From Gloeobacterales cyanobacterium (GTDB lineage: Bacteria; Cyanobacteriota; Cyanobacteriia; Gloeobacterales; PMM-0068), in the NCBI GenBank assembly GCA_038245785.1, contig JBBRSB010000048.1, positions 1 through 16,073 on the forward strand: a stretch of DNA of 16,073 bases. The letters run 5' to 3'. Below, in pieces: positions 7,187 through 15,820 of the stretch (the stretch's first letter is position 1; each line of letters starts with the position of its first letter). The notes below the pieces were generated by a model. That model was not told the origin of the DNA, ran no database searches, and was given only the letters and a program-made list of their open reading frames with translations. A program made the translations under genes and the position numbers.

Positions 7187-8138
7187 CTAAGTGCCGAAGC
7201 GATCGCGATCGTGCTGTTCTTCAAAATTGACGATTGGCCCCTTCGGCACAATTCGATTGGGATTAATATCGATCATACTCATGTAATAGCCGCGCTTAGT
7301 ATAGTCAAGATTGCACGTCGCTTTGAATTTAGGATGCTGATAAAGATCCTTTAGACAATTCCAAAGGTTTGAATAGTCGAGAATTTGCCTTAAATTGCAC
7401 TTAAACAACGTAGTACACCGAGTCAAATAAACATACAAATATAAGCTTCAGTGAGTTTATTCCCACATGCGTAGCGCTGCTTGCTCAGAACGGTTTCCCA
7501 TCGGTCTAAACTCTCGAACAGTTCGCTTACTGCTTCTTCGTAGGCTGTTTGCGAAGTCGTAAAACCAGCCCGATAGATACCAGCATTGATGGACAGATAA
7601 ATTGTATTGATCGTTTCATCGATCTTCTGTTGTAGGTCGCGTGGGTATAAGTCTATTTTCTGTGTTGCTAACTCGGCAAATTCTACATTAAACATCCCCA
7701 TGATTTCGCGAGACTCGTTATTAACAATAGTTTGAGTTTGCTTATCCCATAACACCGGAACAGTGACTCAGCCTGTAAATTTGGGATCGGCTTTTAGATA
7801 AATTCTGGCAAATATTGAGCGTGACTTGCCGAATTAGCTATGGCTGCTGTTGGGGCAGAAAATCTCTACCCCTTTTCGCCCAGAATCATATCGGCAATAG
7901 AGACTGAGATGGCATTATTCAATCCTTTGATTTCTCGCATAGTTAAGGTGCGATGCGCCCAGGAACACCCTAAGGAGACATAGAGGTGATAGCGTCCTGC
8001 TTCTGCCTTGAGCCCGCTCGATCCATCAGCGGTCACACGATCACGAAACGTTGTGGGTTTCTCATGGAACTTACCGCCTGAATCCGATCGATTCCAGTTG
8101 ATTATCCATTTCCCTTCAATCATCATCCCTGCTGCCAT
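7187..8138 (-). pseudogene. Glutathionyl-hydroquinone reductase (YqjG/ECM4, omega-like GST), fragmented
   Basis: AEAGRYHLYVSLGCSWAHRT, YLKADPKFTG*VTVPVLWDK, IVNNESREI, FDSVYY/FKCNL and INPNRIVPKGP. There is a TAG at 7866-7868, a frameshift near 7805, a TGA near 7768-7770 and further indels near 7410-7430. AGGAG lies upstream. Confidence 0.92.
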
Positions 8139-8249
8139 AACTCTCTCCTATCCTAATAGGGTAATCATGTATTTACTGCTCTAGAGATGAAGTTGTAGCA
8201 TTTCCAATCGCTCGCACATGAAGATACGCATCTAGAGCACAGTGATTGG

Positions 8250-8732
8250 CTAAGATGCTGCTGCCATTGCCGCTTGAGCTGCTTGTTGCAGCGATCGCGG
8301 TTCCATAAATGTGAGATACTTTGTGACGATCTCCGGTGATAAAAACTCTAACAGCAATTGATTTTCCACCCAGAACTCAATCACATCAAAATAATCATGG
8401 CGGTTGCAATAAACCATGCGCCAACCTTCGCGATCAGCAATCGCTTGAATCTGAGCTTTGTTAACGGGTACAGAAATCGCGGCATGAATGGCAGTATGAT
8501 TCTATGTAACCGGATGGGTTTGCAGTTTGACTGCTTCATCCGCTTCACTTCCTGGAAAGAAAGCATTCCCAAATGGATGAACTTCAACCATCGTGCCTTG
8601 AGGGTCCAAAGCTAGGGCGACGTAACTGTCAGGATAGCCAGGAAAAGGCACAGATTGTCCTTGCAATATCTCTGCTAATACTTGGCTGACATGTTGCGGG
8701 CGATGGGCAGCAATCGAAATATGGTGAATCAT
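8250..8732 (-). pseudogene. VOC/glyoxalase-like hypothetical protein with one in-frame amber stop
   Basis: MIHHISIAAHRPQHVSQVLAEI...THPVT*(8502-8504)NHTAIHAAISVPV...IADREGWR...FDVIEFWVENQLLLEFL...AAAS*. The frame is continuous over 161 codons, with AAGGA upstream of the ATG at 8732. Confidence 0.85.
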
Positions 8733-8803
8733 GATGAATTCCTTAACATGAAGTAACAAGTTAAAAGCAAGTAGTGTAGGGGACTGATGTTGACTGCAAC
8801 CTA

Positions 8804-9256
8804 TCAGCTGATCGTCTCCGCATAAGGTATTGGTTCGTGAAAGCCCTGGAGGGATGCATCAATAATGAGGCAAACTTCGATATGCATACCGTCAGGGTCG
8901 GAGCATGAAAGGCAGTGCGTTGGGCCAATGTCGACGATTGCACCATCACTCACACCCCGCTCAAGGAGTTTGTGACGGACAATCTGGAATGCCAATTCCG
9001 TTGGGACATTCAACGCTATGTGATCAAGATGTCCTCGTCCAAACATTTCGTGAAGCGCTGAACTATGGACGTTTTCCGGCATCTCTGCGGCGTACAGCGT
9101 TGTAGCGGGTCCAGCGCGAAGGATTGCGTGACGAAAGGCAGGAGTTGTCTCTTGGAAGACAACTGGCATGTCGAATACATCCGAGTAGAAGTTGAGGAAG
9201 CGGTCAAGATCTGCGGTGACTAACGCAATATGGTTAATACCTGATACAAGGTTCAT
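8804..9256 (-). CDS. VOC (glyoxalase/bleomycin resistance/dioxygenase) family protein
   Basis: GINHIALVTADLDRFLNFY, GHLDHIALNV, DPDGMHIEV; CAGGAG Shine-Dalgarno. Confidence 0.9.
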   Translation of the reverse strand: MNLVSGINHIALVTADLDRFLNFYSDVFDMPVVFQETTPAFRHAILRAGPATTLYAAEMPENVHSSALHEMFGRGHLDHIALNVPTELAFQIVRHKLLERGVSDGAIVDIGPTHCLSCSDPDGMHIEVCLIIDASLQGFHEPIPYAETIS

Positions 9257-9311
9257 GGGAACACTCCTGTTGATAGGGAGAGTAATATGGCGATGAAAAC
9301 TCTTATAGTGG

Positions 9312-9769
9312 CTACTCTTTACGGGTTTGTACCCTTTGTGGTTCTGGCATAGGAATCAGGCCGAGCTGTTGCATCATGGCCAAATCATCCCGGACAACCC
9401 GATGTTCAATTAACTTGCCATCTTGCACACGTAGGATGTGAATTTGCCTTTGGCAAACTGATTTCCCCGTAGGGTCATCTCCAGAAAGCCTGGAAATCGA
9501 CCTTGATGGGTAGCTGTCAACGTACAGCGCATAACGACTTTATCTCCCTCTGAAATCAAGTCTGCAATAGCGTGGTGATGGTCAGGAAAAGCCATGGTCA
9601 GAGCCTGAATAAATTGCTTCATAGAGGTCTGGTCTCTAGCCGCAACGGGGGTAGGGTCATGGTTGATAAACTCAGAACCCATCAAGTCATCAATCAGGTC
9701 AACATTTCGCTGATTGAAGACTTCCTCACAAAATCTACGAACGACTGCTTTATTTGCTTCTATAGACAT
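9312..9769 (-). pseudogene. SnoaL-like ester cyclase (NTF2 fold), frameshifted
   Basis: MSIEANKAVVRRF...AFPD...EGDKVV...THQG.F. After a 1-nt deletion near 9473 the other frame continues (P)TGKSVCQRQIHILRVQDGKLIEHRVVRDDLAMMQQLGLIP...KE* to TAG at 9312-9314. AGGAG lies upstream. Confidence 0.9.
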
Positions 9770-9923
9770 GGAAAACTCCTTACTTTCTGCATTACTTTTA
9801 GATCACCCTCACTCATCCAAGATAGAAAATGCTGCTCGTGCCGTCTGTGAGAAAAAGTTAGAACAGGCATGGAAAAAGATCGGAAAAGGTTAGGATGATC
9901 CTTTCCTTCATCTATTCGACGCC

Positions 9924-10439
9924 ATGACCGAAACAGCATCAAACCTGAACCATCTCACTCCGGCAGGTGAGGCTCACATGGTCGATGTGGGAGAAAAAAC
10001 AGTGACTACGAGAATAGCTGTAGCGGAAGGCTATGTGCGCATGTCCCCAGAAACACTCCAGCAGGTCCTAGCAGGCAATGCACCGAAAGGGGATGTCATG
10101 GCCACCGCCCGGATTGCCGGAATTATGGCAGCCAAGAAAACCTCTGAGCTGATTCCGCTTTGCCATCCTCTTGCTATTACGTCGGTCAAGATTGAACTGG
10201 AACCTCTGGCCTCACTGCCCGGTATACGAGTACAAGCCCAAGTGAAAGTGCTAGGCCAGACCGGCGTCGAAATGGAAGCCTTAACCGCAGTCTCCGTTGC
10301 CTGTCTCACCCTCTATGACATGGTCAAAGGGCTACAAAAAGACTTAGTAATCGAAGGAATTCAATTACTGAGTAAAGTGGGCGGGAAATCGGGACCCTAT
10401 CAAACGCTTAAAAATGCTGAAAGCTCCGGTCCAGGGTAA
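9924..10439 (+). CDS. moaC: Cyclic pyranopterin monophosphate synthase
   Basis: [67 protein letters not shown]. Confidence 0.98.
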   Translation: MTETASNLNHLTPAGEAHMVDVGEKTVTTRIAVAEGYVRMSPETLQQVLAGNAPKGDVMATARIAGIMAAKKTSELIPLCHPLAITSVKIELEPLASLPGIRVQAQVKVLGQTGVEMEALTAVSVACLTLYDMVKGLQKDLVIEGIQLLSKVGGKSGPYQTLKNAESSGPG

Positions 10440-11370
10440 GAACTATCCCCCGGTCATCCACTACTTCCAGCCCTAGGGTAACAGTACCAATCATCGTGAA
10501 ATCTTGATGTAAGGCCATAAGCTTCTCCGCAACTAAGGGCTCAACCGATAAGAGCAGTTCAAAATCTTCCCCCCCGTAGTACGCCCAATCGAGGGCCTGC
10601 TCTCCTGCCAACGTTCGGACTGCAGGCAAAATAGGAATTTTCTGATGTTCGATCAGCGCACCAACACCGCTGGCACGGCATATCTGAAGGACTGCATCGG
10701 CTAAACCATCACTGGTATCTATACCGCCGATCCGCTGGGTCTGCGCAAATAATAGGTTAGGGATATCCAACCGGGGAGTCGGTCTTTGATGAGCCTGGAT
10801 CAGGGTTTGAATATCAGTCTTAGAGAGTTTCTCCGCTTTTTCTGGATGTATCAACAGTTCTAGACCTGCTCGAGAACTGCCCATCGGCCCTGTAACCAGC
10901 AACTGATCTCCCACACAGGCTTGGTTTCGCCGGATGGCAGGCCCCTGAATCTTTCCCAAAGCGGTGATTGAAAGTACACGCTGTGAGGAACGGACTGTAT
11001 CACCACCAAGGATAGGCACTCCAAAATGAGCAAGGCCCCGGTAGACGTCAAGAATCCAATCTAACGGTGTATCTCCAGGTAAGGCGAGACCGACAATAAA
11101 TCCCACAGGCGACGCGCCCATAGCTGCCAAATCGGATAAATTGGCAGCCCCTGCCCGCCAGCCCACATCTTCCGCACTCGTAGTTTGGTCACTGAAGTGC
11201 ACACCATCCACCAAGAGGTCTTTGGTAATGACCAAGTCTCCCTCAAAGGCGACAACGGCAGCATCGTCCCCAACTGGCACAGGAATAGCTTTACTCTGCT
11301 GTGCAAAAAAAGGTTGGAGTTCTTGAAGCAATCCCTGTTCACCCAGGTCTTTGAGGAGGCGCTTAGTCAT
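10408..11370 (-). CDS. thiL: Thiamine-phosphate kinase
   Basis: [46 protein letters not shown] and a C-terminal FQHF. Confidence 0.97.
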   Translation of the reverse strand: MTKRLLKDLGEQGLLQELQPFFAQQSKAIPVPVGDDAAVVAFEGDLVITKDLLVDGVHFSDQTTSAEDVGWRAGAANLSDLAAMGASPVGFIVGLALPGDTPLDWILDVYRGLAHFGVPILGGDTVRSSQRVLSITALGKIQGPAIRRNQACVGDQLLVTGPMGSSRAGLELLIHPEKAEKLSKTDIQTLIQAHQRPTPRLDIPNLLFAQTQRIGGIDTSDGLADAVLQICRASGVGALIEHQKIPILPAVRTLAGEQALDWAYYGGEDFELLLSVEPLVAEKLMALHQDFTMIGTVTLGLEVVDDRGIVLTLDRSFQHF

Positions 11371-11543
11371 GCGTTTATTTAGTGGGTTTAGTGGTTGAAC
11401 TTACGGGACTATATCGCGGTCGTCACTGAGTATAAATACTCAACATATAAAGAAGCTTGAACAAACATTAACAAATGTATTGAATATATTAAGAAAATTG
11501 TCTACATTGTATTTAAATGACACAAGTTTTTGAGACCTAAGCC

Positions 11544-11651
11544 ATGGACAAGATCAACGTAGAAGAGTTAAAGCAGTACTTTTTTGGTGGTCTTTCTGTG
11601 CCTGTTCAAATTCAGGACAAGCCAGCGGTTGTAGCAGCCGTTAAGAAATAG
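11544..11651 (+). CDS. Unannotated 35-aa small protein MDKINVEELKQYFFGGLSVPVQIQDKPAVVAAVKK
   Basis: ATG...TAG ORF of protein-like composition in the 316-nt thiL-YkgJ gap. It is preceded by an AT-rich promoter-like region and followed by a short hairpin (11650-11669). Confidence 0.6.
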   Translation: MDKINVEELKQYFFGGLSVPVQIQDKPAVVAAVKK

Positions 11652-11686
11652 TCCGCGAAAGAGTGGGCTTGCGTTAACCTTTTAGC

Positions 11687-12055
11687 ATGAAAGCCCATCC
11701 AAAATCTTGGCAGTGCATCTCTGGTTGCGGAGCTTGCTGCTACCTCAATCCAGAAGAGCGTCCTTTACTTGAAGAATACCTTTCTGAGGAGCTTTTAAAG
11801 CTTTACTACAGCCTGGTCGGTGAAGATGGCTGGTGTATCAAGTACGATGCTCACAGCCGCACCTGCAGCATTTATGAAGACCGTCCGATGTTCTGTCGAG
11901 TCAGTCCGACTGTGCTCAAAGAACTCTACGATGAGCCCAAAGATGAGCTAGCCGCTTGGGCGATTCACTGCTGCACAGAGAACATTGGCTCTGTGTGGGG
12001 AGAAGAAAGCCCTGAAATGAATAAGTTTAAACAGGCAAATAATTTAAGCAAGTAA
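11687..12055 (+). CDS. YkgJ-family cysteine-cluster (Zn/Fe-chelating) protein
   Basis: WQCISGCGACC, DGWC, CSIYEDRPMFCRV, AIHCC and a 'GEESPEM.KF' tail. Confidence 0.92.
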   Translation: MKAHPKSWQCISGCGACCYLNPEERPLLEEYLSEELLKLYYSLVGEDGWCIKYDAHSRTCSIYEDRPMFCRVSPTVLKELYDEPKDELAAWAIHCCTENIGSVWGEESPEMNKFKQANNLSK

Positions 12056-12132
12056 GTTGCAGGTAAATGAGGTCTAGTACAATGGGCGACGGCTTGCATG
12101 TTTGCTGCTGTTAACAATTTTCTCTGGAACCC

Positions 12133-12555
12133 ATGGATACGAAAACCATTGATGATCTCTTCAAAGAAGGACTTGAGCGCTACGAAGCCAATAGTCCCCT
12201 GTCCGAGGTATTTCCCTATTTTTTAGAAATCATCAAGCGGCAACCTAAAAATGGAGCGGCTCTCACCTGTATCAGCTGGCTGCATCTGATGGAAGACCAA
12301 CCGAAGAAAGCTGAAGATTTTGCTCGTAAGGCAATGAAAGCCAATCCAGCGGATGCCCAAGCTAGAGTCAATCTAGTGCTTGCCCTTTTAGATAGCGGTG
12401 GCAAAGGGGTCCGGGACCAAGTAGAACTTATTCAGCAGATTTTGGCCGTGGATAGCGATCAAGGCGAAGAAATCGCACGCAACTTAACCGAGGGCACAGC
12501 CCGCAAAGGGACTTGGAAAGCTGCCCAGAAACTACAGGAGTGGTTGGAAGGATAA
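12133..12555 (+). CDS. Conserved cyanobacterial TPR-like protein
   Basis: 'LFKEGLERYE', 'AALTCISWLHL', 'KAMKANPADAQARVNLVLALL...KGVRDQVE' and a C-terminal 'WL'. Confidence 0.85.
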   Translation: MDTKTIDDLFKEGLERYEANSPLSEVFPYFLEIIKRQPKNGAALTCISWLHLMEDQPKKAEDFARKAMKANPADAQARVNLVLALLDSGGKGVRDQVELIQQILAVDSDQGEEIARNLTEGTARKGTWKAAQKLQEWLEG

Positions 12556-12579
12556 ACCACTTAATTAACTGCTCTAATT

Positions 12580-12605
12580 TTTGTAACTTCTGATAATGTT
12601 ACAAA
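12580..12605. promoter_or_regulatory. Perfect 8-bp inverted repeat, candidate operator
   Basis: TTTGTAAC-N10-GTTACAAA, about 100 nt upstream of the PstS-like gene. Confidence 0.45.
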
Positions 12606-12701
12606 TAGCCTCGGCAAGGTAGACTTTTTGCTGAGGAGAAAAATCAGTATTGGGTTACATAGAACATTTCGTAAACTAGCTTAATTCCTATATCATATGT
12701 T

Positions 12702-13655
12702 GTGGTAGAAACCATAATGAGCAAGTCTATGACCAAGTCTAAAAGTGGTCCCCCCGAAACAAAAGCCAAAATTGGCCCACCAACTTATGTTTACTTTCTG
12801 CTTCCACTCCTCTTGACTACTGGAGCCTACTATCTTTTCATAAGCCAGAAGGATAGGTTGGGTTTATCGCTATTTGGGACTGAGAAGAAGACTCAGAGCT
12901 CATCTACAGCTACTGCCCTGACGCTACCTGATATCTTGCCAGCCGGAAGCTCAATCCGATTGGACAGTGCCTCTAGCTTGGTTAAATTCAACGATCGCAT
13001 CGGTCAGGTTTTCACCAAGCGCTATCCAGGCGTTGGCTATACCTGGAAAACCAGTTCAAGCCTGCGGGCTATTCAATCCCTGCTTGCGGGTAAAGCAGAT
13101 GTGGCTGCGATTGCTCGTACCCTGACGGAAGAAGAAAAAAGTAAGGGTTTAGTCGCGGTACCTGTGAAAACGGATGCCATTGCGATTTTGGTAGGCATAG
13201 AAAATCCTTTTCAGGGAAAATTGACCTCTGAACAATTGCGGAAGATTTTCTCAGGTAAAGTCACAAATTGGTCTCAGGTCGGTGGCGTACCCCTCCCGAT
13301 CCGCATCATCAATCGTCCTCCCGATACAGGAACCTATAAAACTTTTCAAAAGGCAGTTCTGGGTGGAGGGGATTTTGGGAATGGGCCGCAGTGGGTTTTG
13401 ATGAAACAAAGTGGAAGCACGGAAGTCTTACAACAACTGAGAACCAATGGCATCAGCTATGTCAATTACAGTGAAGTCAAGACACAGAAGATTATTCGCG
13501 CTCTACCCCTGGATGACAGTCTTCCTGGTGCTCCTGATTACCCACTGATTAGCGTCTTCTACTATGTCTACGGTCCAAAAGCTACAGAAGCGACCAAAGC
13601 CCTTGTTGGCTTCGCTGCAAGTCCTGCCGGTCAGACTATCGCTGCACTCGATTAG
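12702..13655 (+). CDS. Membrane-anchored PstS-like (PBP type 2) substrate-binding protein
   Basis: N-terminal hydrophobic segment YVYFLLPLLLTTGAYYLFI; ADVAAIARTLTEEEK, DAIAILVG..NP, IFSGKVTNWSQVGG, INRPPDTGT. The start may be ATG 12717 or 12729. Confidence 0.85.
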   Translation: MVETIMSKSMTKSKSGPPETKAKIGPPTYVYFLLPLLLTTGAYYLFISQKDRLGLSLFGTEKKTQSSSTATALTLPDILPAGSSIRLDSASSLVKFNDRIGQVFTKRYPGVGYTWKTSSSLRAIQSLLAGKADVAAIARTLTEEEKSKGLVAVPVKTDAIAILVGIENPFQGKLTSEQLRKIFSGKVTNWSQVGGVPLPIRIINRPPDTGTYKTFQKAVLGGGDFGNGPQWVLMKQSGSTEVLQQLRTNGISYVNYSEVKTQKIIRALPLDDSLPGAPDYPLISVFYYVYGPKATEATKALVGFAASPAGQTIAALD

Positions 13656-13664
13656 CCTGCTTTC

Positions 13665-14033
13665 TCAAAGCGGACGATATTCACTACAGCCAGCACAGGG
13701 TCCCGTGGGGTTAGGCGTACAGCGCAAAAGCTCAGAACGGGCATTGTAGACGCAGGTAAGGTCCCCAATCGCCCAAGTTTTATCCGGCAGTTCCACGCGG
13801 TCTTTCAGATCAACACTGATAGGCCGGACATACAGAGCAATTTTTGCCAGCTGGTAGCGGCCCCCACGTAAATTGTATTGATGCGAGCGTTCTAGAACCG
13901 CATAGGTCTCACCTTGATGCTCTACGTAAGGACCCAGCGTTACTCCATCGGCAGGAAGAGATACCAGAAACGTCCGGTCTTCGCTGCGATAGAGGTCTAG
14001 CGCCAAAATGGAATCGGGGAGAGAACGTAGCAC
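13665..14033 (-). CDS. DUF6464-like cyanobacterial protein with a Cys-rich C-terminus
   Basis: 'YAVLERSHQYNLRGGRYQL.KIALYV', 'IGDLTCVYNARSELLRCTPNPTGPCAGCSEY'. Confidence 0.85.
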   Translation of the reverse strand: MLRSLPDSILALDLYRSEDRTFLVSLPADGVTLGPYVEHQGETYAVLERSHQYNLRGGRYQLAKIALYVRPISVDLKDRVELPDKTWAIGDLTCVYNARSELLRCTPNPTGPCAGCSEYRPL

Positions 14034-14166
14034 GTATCAAAAAGTTATCTTTGACTTTCCAGGATAGCGCTCCTATCTCTCCTGTGTCTCCTAAAACAAT
14101 ATTTATTCAGTTCTGAAGCACGTAGCCGCATAAGGCACAATGCATAAAGGATGCAATAGGAATGCC

Positions 14167-14988
14167 GTGAATACTTGGGAAGTCGATTTTTATAGTCGCC
14201 CGCTGGTGGACGAAGAAGGCAAAAAAGTTTGGGAATTGCTGATTTGCGCCCAAAATACCAATTTTCGCTATGAGGCCCAGTGCTCTCAAAAAGATGCCAC
14301 GGCTGCATGGCTTCGGGAGCGATTTCAAGAAGCCCTGAGCAAAAACCCAGAAGAACCCGTGCGCGTCCGTTACTTTCGTTCGGCTACAGGCGGCATGATT
14401 GAACGGGTTTGCGAAGAGCAAGATTTAGTTGTACGCCCCAGTCGCCGGACTTTCCGCTTACGACAGTGGCTGCAAGAGCGTGAACAGAAGCTCTATCCGA
14501 CGATGAAGGGCTATACGCCTACCAACATGACACCGCTGAACAGTAATGAACGGCAACCAAATCCCCTTCCGGATGCGTTGCGGGGAGACCGCTGGTCTTT
14601 TGTTTCCCTCACCGCCGCCGATATCAAGGGCTTAGAAGACTTAGGCATTCCCTTTGGGGAGCAGGTAGCAATTCCCTTGACCTCAAAAACGGTGGTGCCG
14701 GGGGTTGTTGTCTATTCTCAACGGGCCAAACCACTGGCGGCCTGGATGCAAAGTGCGGAGCCTGTTGCTATCGACTATGTGGAAGAAGCCCGGAACCGAG
14801 GATTGGTCTTAGAAGCTGGGGGAGAAGACCGCTGGCAAATGGTCGGTTTTCCCGAAGGTCCGCTGTTGGCAGAAGGGCAAAAATTTCAAGACAATAAAAA
14901 AGCAGCTAATGGCTATCATTTCCTGGTGGTTCAAGACCCTAAAACAGAGAGTTTTACCGGATTCTGGACTTTACTCAACATGGATTAG
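14167..14988 (+). CDS. Tab2/Atab2-family RNA-binding protein (DUF1092)
   Basis: WEVDFYSRPLVDEEGKKVWELLIC, PSRRT, PLPDALRGDRWSF, RAKPLAAW, GYHFLVVQ...FTGFW. The likely start is GTG 14167 with AGGA upstream, rather than 14140. Confidence 0.92.
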   Translation: MNTWEVDFYSRPLVDEEGKKVWELLICAQNTNFRYEAQCSQKDATAAWLRERFQEALSKNPEEPVRVRYFRSATGGMIERVCEEQDLVVRPSRRTFRLRQWLQEREQKLYPTMKGYTPTNMTPLNSNERQPNPLPDALRGDRWSFVSLTAADIKGLEDLGIPFGEQVAIPLTSKTVVPGVVVYSQRAKPLAAWMQSAEPVAIDYVEEARNRGLVLEAGGEDRWQMVGFPEGPLLAEGQKFQDNKKAANGYHFLVVQDPKTESFTGFWTLLNMD

Positions 14989-14993
14989 TAACC

Positions 14994-15677
14994 ATGCCTG
15001 ACCTATCCTATGCCCCTGTGATCATTATCCCCGGTTACTTCGCTGCCGCCAGCGAATATAACCCCTTAGCCCAGAGCCTCAAGCAGAGCGGCTTGGATAC
15101 CACGGTTATGCCTATCGAATGGTATGACTGGGTGCCAACGCTAGGAGGCCGTCCGATGACGCCTGTGCTGACCATCCTCGCCCAAACCATCAATCAAGTG
15201 CGCAGACGGACTGGAGCACAACAAGTGCAGTTAGTCGGTCATTCAGCAGGTGGATGGATTGCCCGATTGGTCCTAGGTTCTGTCTACTATGACGAACGGA
15301 TCTGGGGCTATCGTTCAAAAATATCTCGTCTTGTAACCTTGGGCACGCCACACCTCAGCAAAGAGCGCTTTACCAAACTGAATATGGATTTTGTGAATAA
15401 CACCTATCCGGGAGCCTTTCATCCTGAGGTGGAGTACATTTGCGTGGCGGGCAGAGCCGTCTATGGTGAGAATAATTGGTTCACACGTCAAAGCTATGAG
15501 TTGACAGCAGGCCGTGCCGATTGTTGGGGTGATGGGGTTACGCCTATCGAAGCAGCGCATCTGGCAGGAGCAACAAATATAACCATAGAGGGCGCACTTC
15601 ATTCTCCGCGCGGAGGACGCTTTTGGTATGGTTCTGAAAAACCTCTATCAGAATGGGTTCCCTATTTAAAGCAGTAA
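14994..15677 (+). CDS. Alpha/beta hydrolase (lipase/esterase, PGAP1-like)
   Basis: IIIPGY, nucleophile elbow GHSAGG, LVTLGTPH, GDGVTP, ALHSP; 5 nt downstream of the Tab2 gene. Confidence 0.9.
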   Translation: MPDLSYAPVIIIPGYFAAASEYNPLAQSLKQSGLDTTVMPIEWYDWVPTLGGRPMTPVLTILAQTINQVRRRTGAQQVQLVGHSAGGWIARLVLGSVYYDERIWGYRSKISRLVTLGTPHLSKERFTKLNMDFVNNTYPGAFHPEVEYICVAGRAVYGENNWFTRQSYELTAGRADCWGDGVTPIEAAHLAGATNITIEGALHSPRGGRFWYGSEKPLSEWVPYLKQ

Positions 15678-15820
15678 GCTATTTCTAACTCTTTAAGCCA
15701 GATTTCTATGCCTGTCGCCAGTTTTCGGTCTGCAACTGGGAGACTCGATCAAATTCTCGCTGGTTTGTAGTGACCATGAGGAGATTATGCTGCAGCGCAG
15801 TTGCAGCGATTAATACGTCA

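Noticed and set aside
8358..9942. ORFs 8358-8615, 8381-8587, 8761-8949, 8905-9105, 9016-9207, 9572-9850, 9760-9942
   Set aside because: Alternative-frame or antisense shadows of the VOC/SnoaL genes, with no family motifs.
1361..11370. Apparent cofactor supercluster (bioA, pdxJ, moaC, thiL)
   Set aside because: The genes belong to different pathways, have mixed orientations and are separated by an island; scattered housekeeping genes are normal in cyanobacteria.
11544..11651. Small ORF as psb30/ycf12
   Set aside because: The position is suggestive, but there is no transmembrane helix or 'GP.VI.LL' motif.
13564..14421. ORFs 13564-13749, 13844-14116, 14045-14308, 14107-14421
   Set aside because: They overlap well-supported genes in other frames or strands.
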